DNA from: the human T2T-CHM13v2.0 reference genome, Homo sapiens
Strand: one strand, 5' to 3'
NCBI RefSeq assembly: GCF_009914755.1
Contig: NC_060938.1
DNA length: 64,000 bases
Shown: one piece after another, positions 63,001 to 64,000 of the stretch
How the letters are laid out: each line of letters begins with the position of its first letter
How positions within the stretch are numbered: the first letter of the stretch is position 1
Translations under genes and position numbers: made by a program
The notes under the pieces: model-generated
The model's input: the letters and a program-made list of their open reading frames with translations, nothing else
Databases searched by the model: none
What the model was told of the DNA's origin: nothing

Positions 63001-64000
63001 TTAGAAAGGAGGCGGGGTCAGAGGAATAGAAAGGGATAGGGCTGAAGAACACAGGTCGCTGCATTTAGAAAGGAGGCGGGGTCAGAGGAATAGAAAGGGA
63101 CAGGACTGCAGAACACAGGTCGCTGCATTTAGAAAGGAGGCGGTGTCAGAGGAATAGAAAGGGATAGGGCTGAAGAACACAGGTCGCTGCATTTAGAAAG
63201 GAGGCGGGGTCAGAGGAATAGAAAGGGATAGGGCTGAAGAACACAGGTCGCTGCATTTAGAAAGGAGGCGGGGTCAGAGGAATAGAAAGGGATAGGGCTG
63301 AAGAACACAGGTCGCTGCATTTAGAAAGGAGGCGGGGTCAGAGGAATAGAAAGGGATAGGGCTGAAGAACACAGGTCGCTGCATTTAGAAAGGAGGCGGG
63401 GTCAGAGGAATAGAAAGGGATAGGTCTGAAGAACACAGGTCGCTGCATTTACAAAGGAGGCGGGGTCAGAGAAATAGAAAGGGATAGGCCTGAAGAACAG
63501 AGGTCGCTGCATTTAGAAAGGAGGCGGGGTCAGAGGAATAGAAAGGGATAGGGCTGAAGAACACAGGTCGCTGCATTTGGAAAGGAGGCGGGGTCAGAGG
63601 AATAGAAAGGGATAGGGCTGAAGAACACAGGTCGCTGCATTTAGAAAGGAGGCGGGGTCAGAGGAATAGAAAGGGATAGGCCTGAAGAACAGAGGTCGCT
63701 GCATTTAGAAAGGAGGCGGGGTCAGAGGAATAGAAAGGGATATGGCTGAAGAACAGAGGTCGCTGCATTTATAAAGGAGGCGGGGTCAGAGGAATAGAAA
63801 GGGACAGGACTGAAGAACACAGGTCGCTGCATTTAGAAAGGAGGCGGGGTCAGAGGAATAGAAAGGGATAGGACTGAAGAACAGAGGTCGCTGCGTTTAG
63901 AAAGGAGGCGGGGTCAGAGGAATAGAAAGGGATAGGGCTGAAGAACAGAGGTCGCTGCATTTAGAAAGGAGGCGGGGTCAGAGGAATAGAAAGGGATAGG
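51007..64000 (+). repeat. Copy 2 of the 14,462-bp higher-order duplication, truncated by the window end
   Basis: Same ordered variant string as 36545-49538. Identity breaks upstream of the junction (36544 T vs 51006 C, and the preceding monomers differ). Confidence 0.93.

Larger units (their letters stand above)
1..64000 (+). repeat. 64-bp tandem satellite array, about 1000 monomers, single orientation, extends past both window edges (candidate WaluSat-type satellite)
   Basis: The monomer GGGCTGAAGAACASAGGTCGCTGCATTTAGAAAGGAGGCGGGGTCAGAGGAATAGAAAGGGAYA recurs at 1, 65, 129 and onward to the end, usually with 0-3 substitutions. The confidence given is for the tandem array itself; the family name is inference from unit length and composition (roughly 0.6). 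Confidence 0.99.

Noticed and set aside
1-64000. CRISPR array
   Set aside because: There are no unique spacers and no cas genes; the entire unit is repeated.
1-64000. Alpha, beta, gamma or HSat satellite; telomeric repeat; CENP-B box
   Set aside because: Unit length and sequence do not fit. There is no TTAGGG or CATTC periodicity and no CENP-B box consensus seen.
1-64000. Long repetitive coding sequence or tandem tRNA/snoRNA/miRNA cluster
   Set aside because: 64 is not a multiple of 3 and stops recur on both strands. The purine-rich unit has little self-complementarity and no convincing structured-RNA motif.
1-64000. Inversions or transposon insertions within the array
   Set aside because: I saw no reverse-orientation monomers or foreign sequence, and the 64-bp register is kept apart from four 1-bp indels.

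Overview
The whole 64-kb window is one uninterrupted, head-to-tail satellite array of about 1000 copies of a 64-bp monomer. The consensus is GGGCTGAAGAACASAGGTCGCTGCATTTAGAAAGGAGGCGGGGTCAGAGGAATAGAAAGGGAYA (about 75% purine on +, about 52% GC, two CpGs per unit). I see no genes, RNA genes, transposons, CRISPR spacers or unique sequence, and the 14 listed ORFs are by-products of the repeat. Unit length, G-rich strand bias and array size suggest the human/primate 64-bp 'WaluSat' of acrocentric short arms; this is from memory and unverified. The informative content is the pattern of variant monomers: (i) a near-perfect 14,462-bp (226-monomer) tandem duplication from about 36.5 kb to the window end; (ii) nested smaller duplications of 14-60 monomers; (iii) two sub-domains with different variant sets, with a transition at about 30-32 kb; (iv) only four 1-bp indels that I could find; (v) three hypervariable positions forming an MVR-like code. 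I found no evidence of a novel protein-coding system. All comparisons were made by eye.
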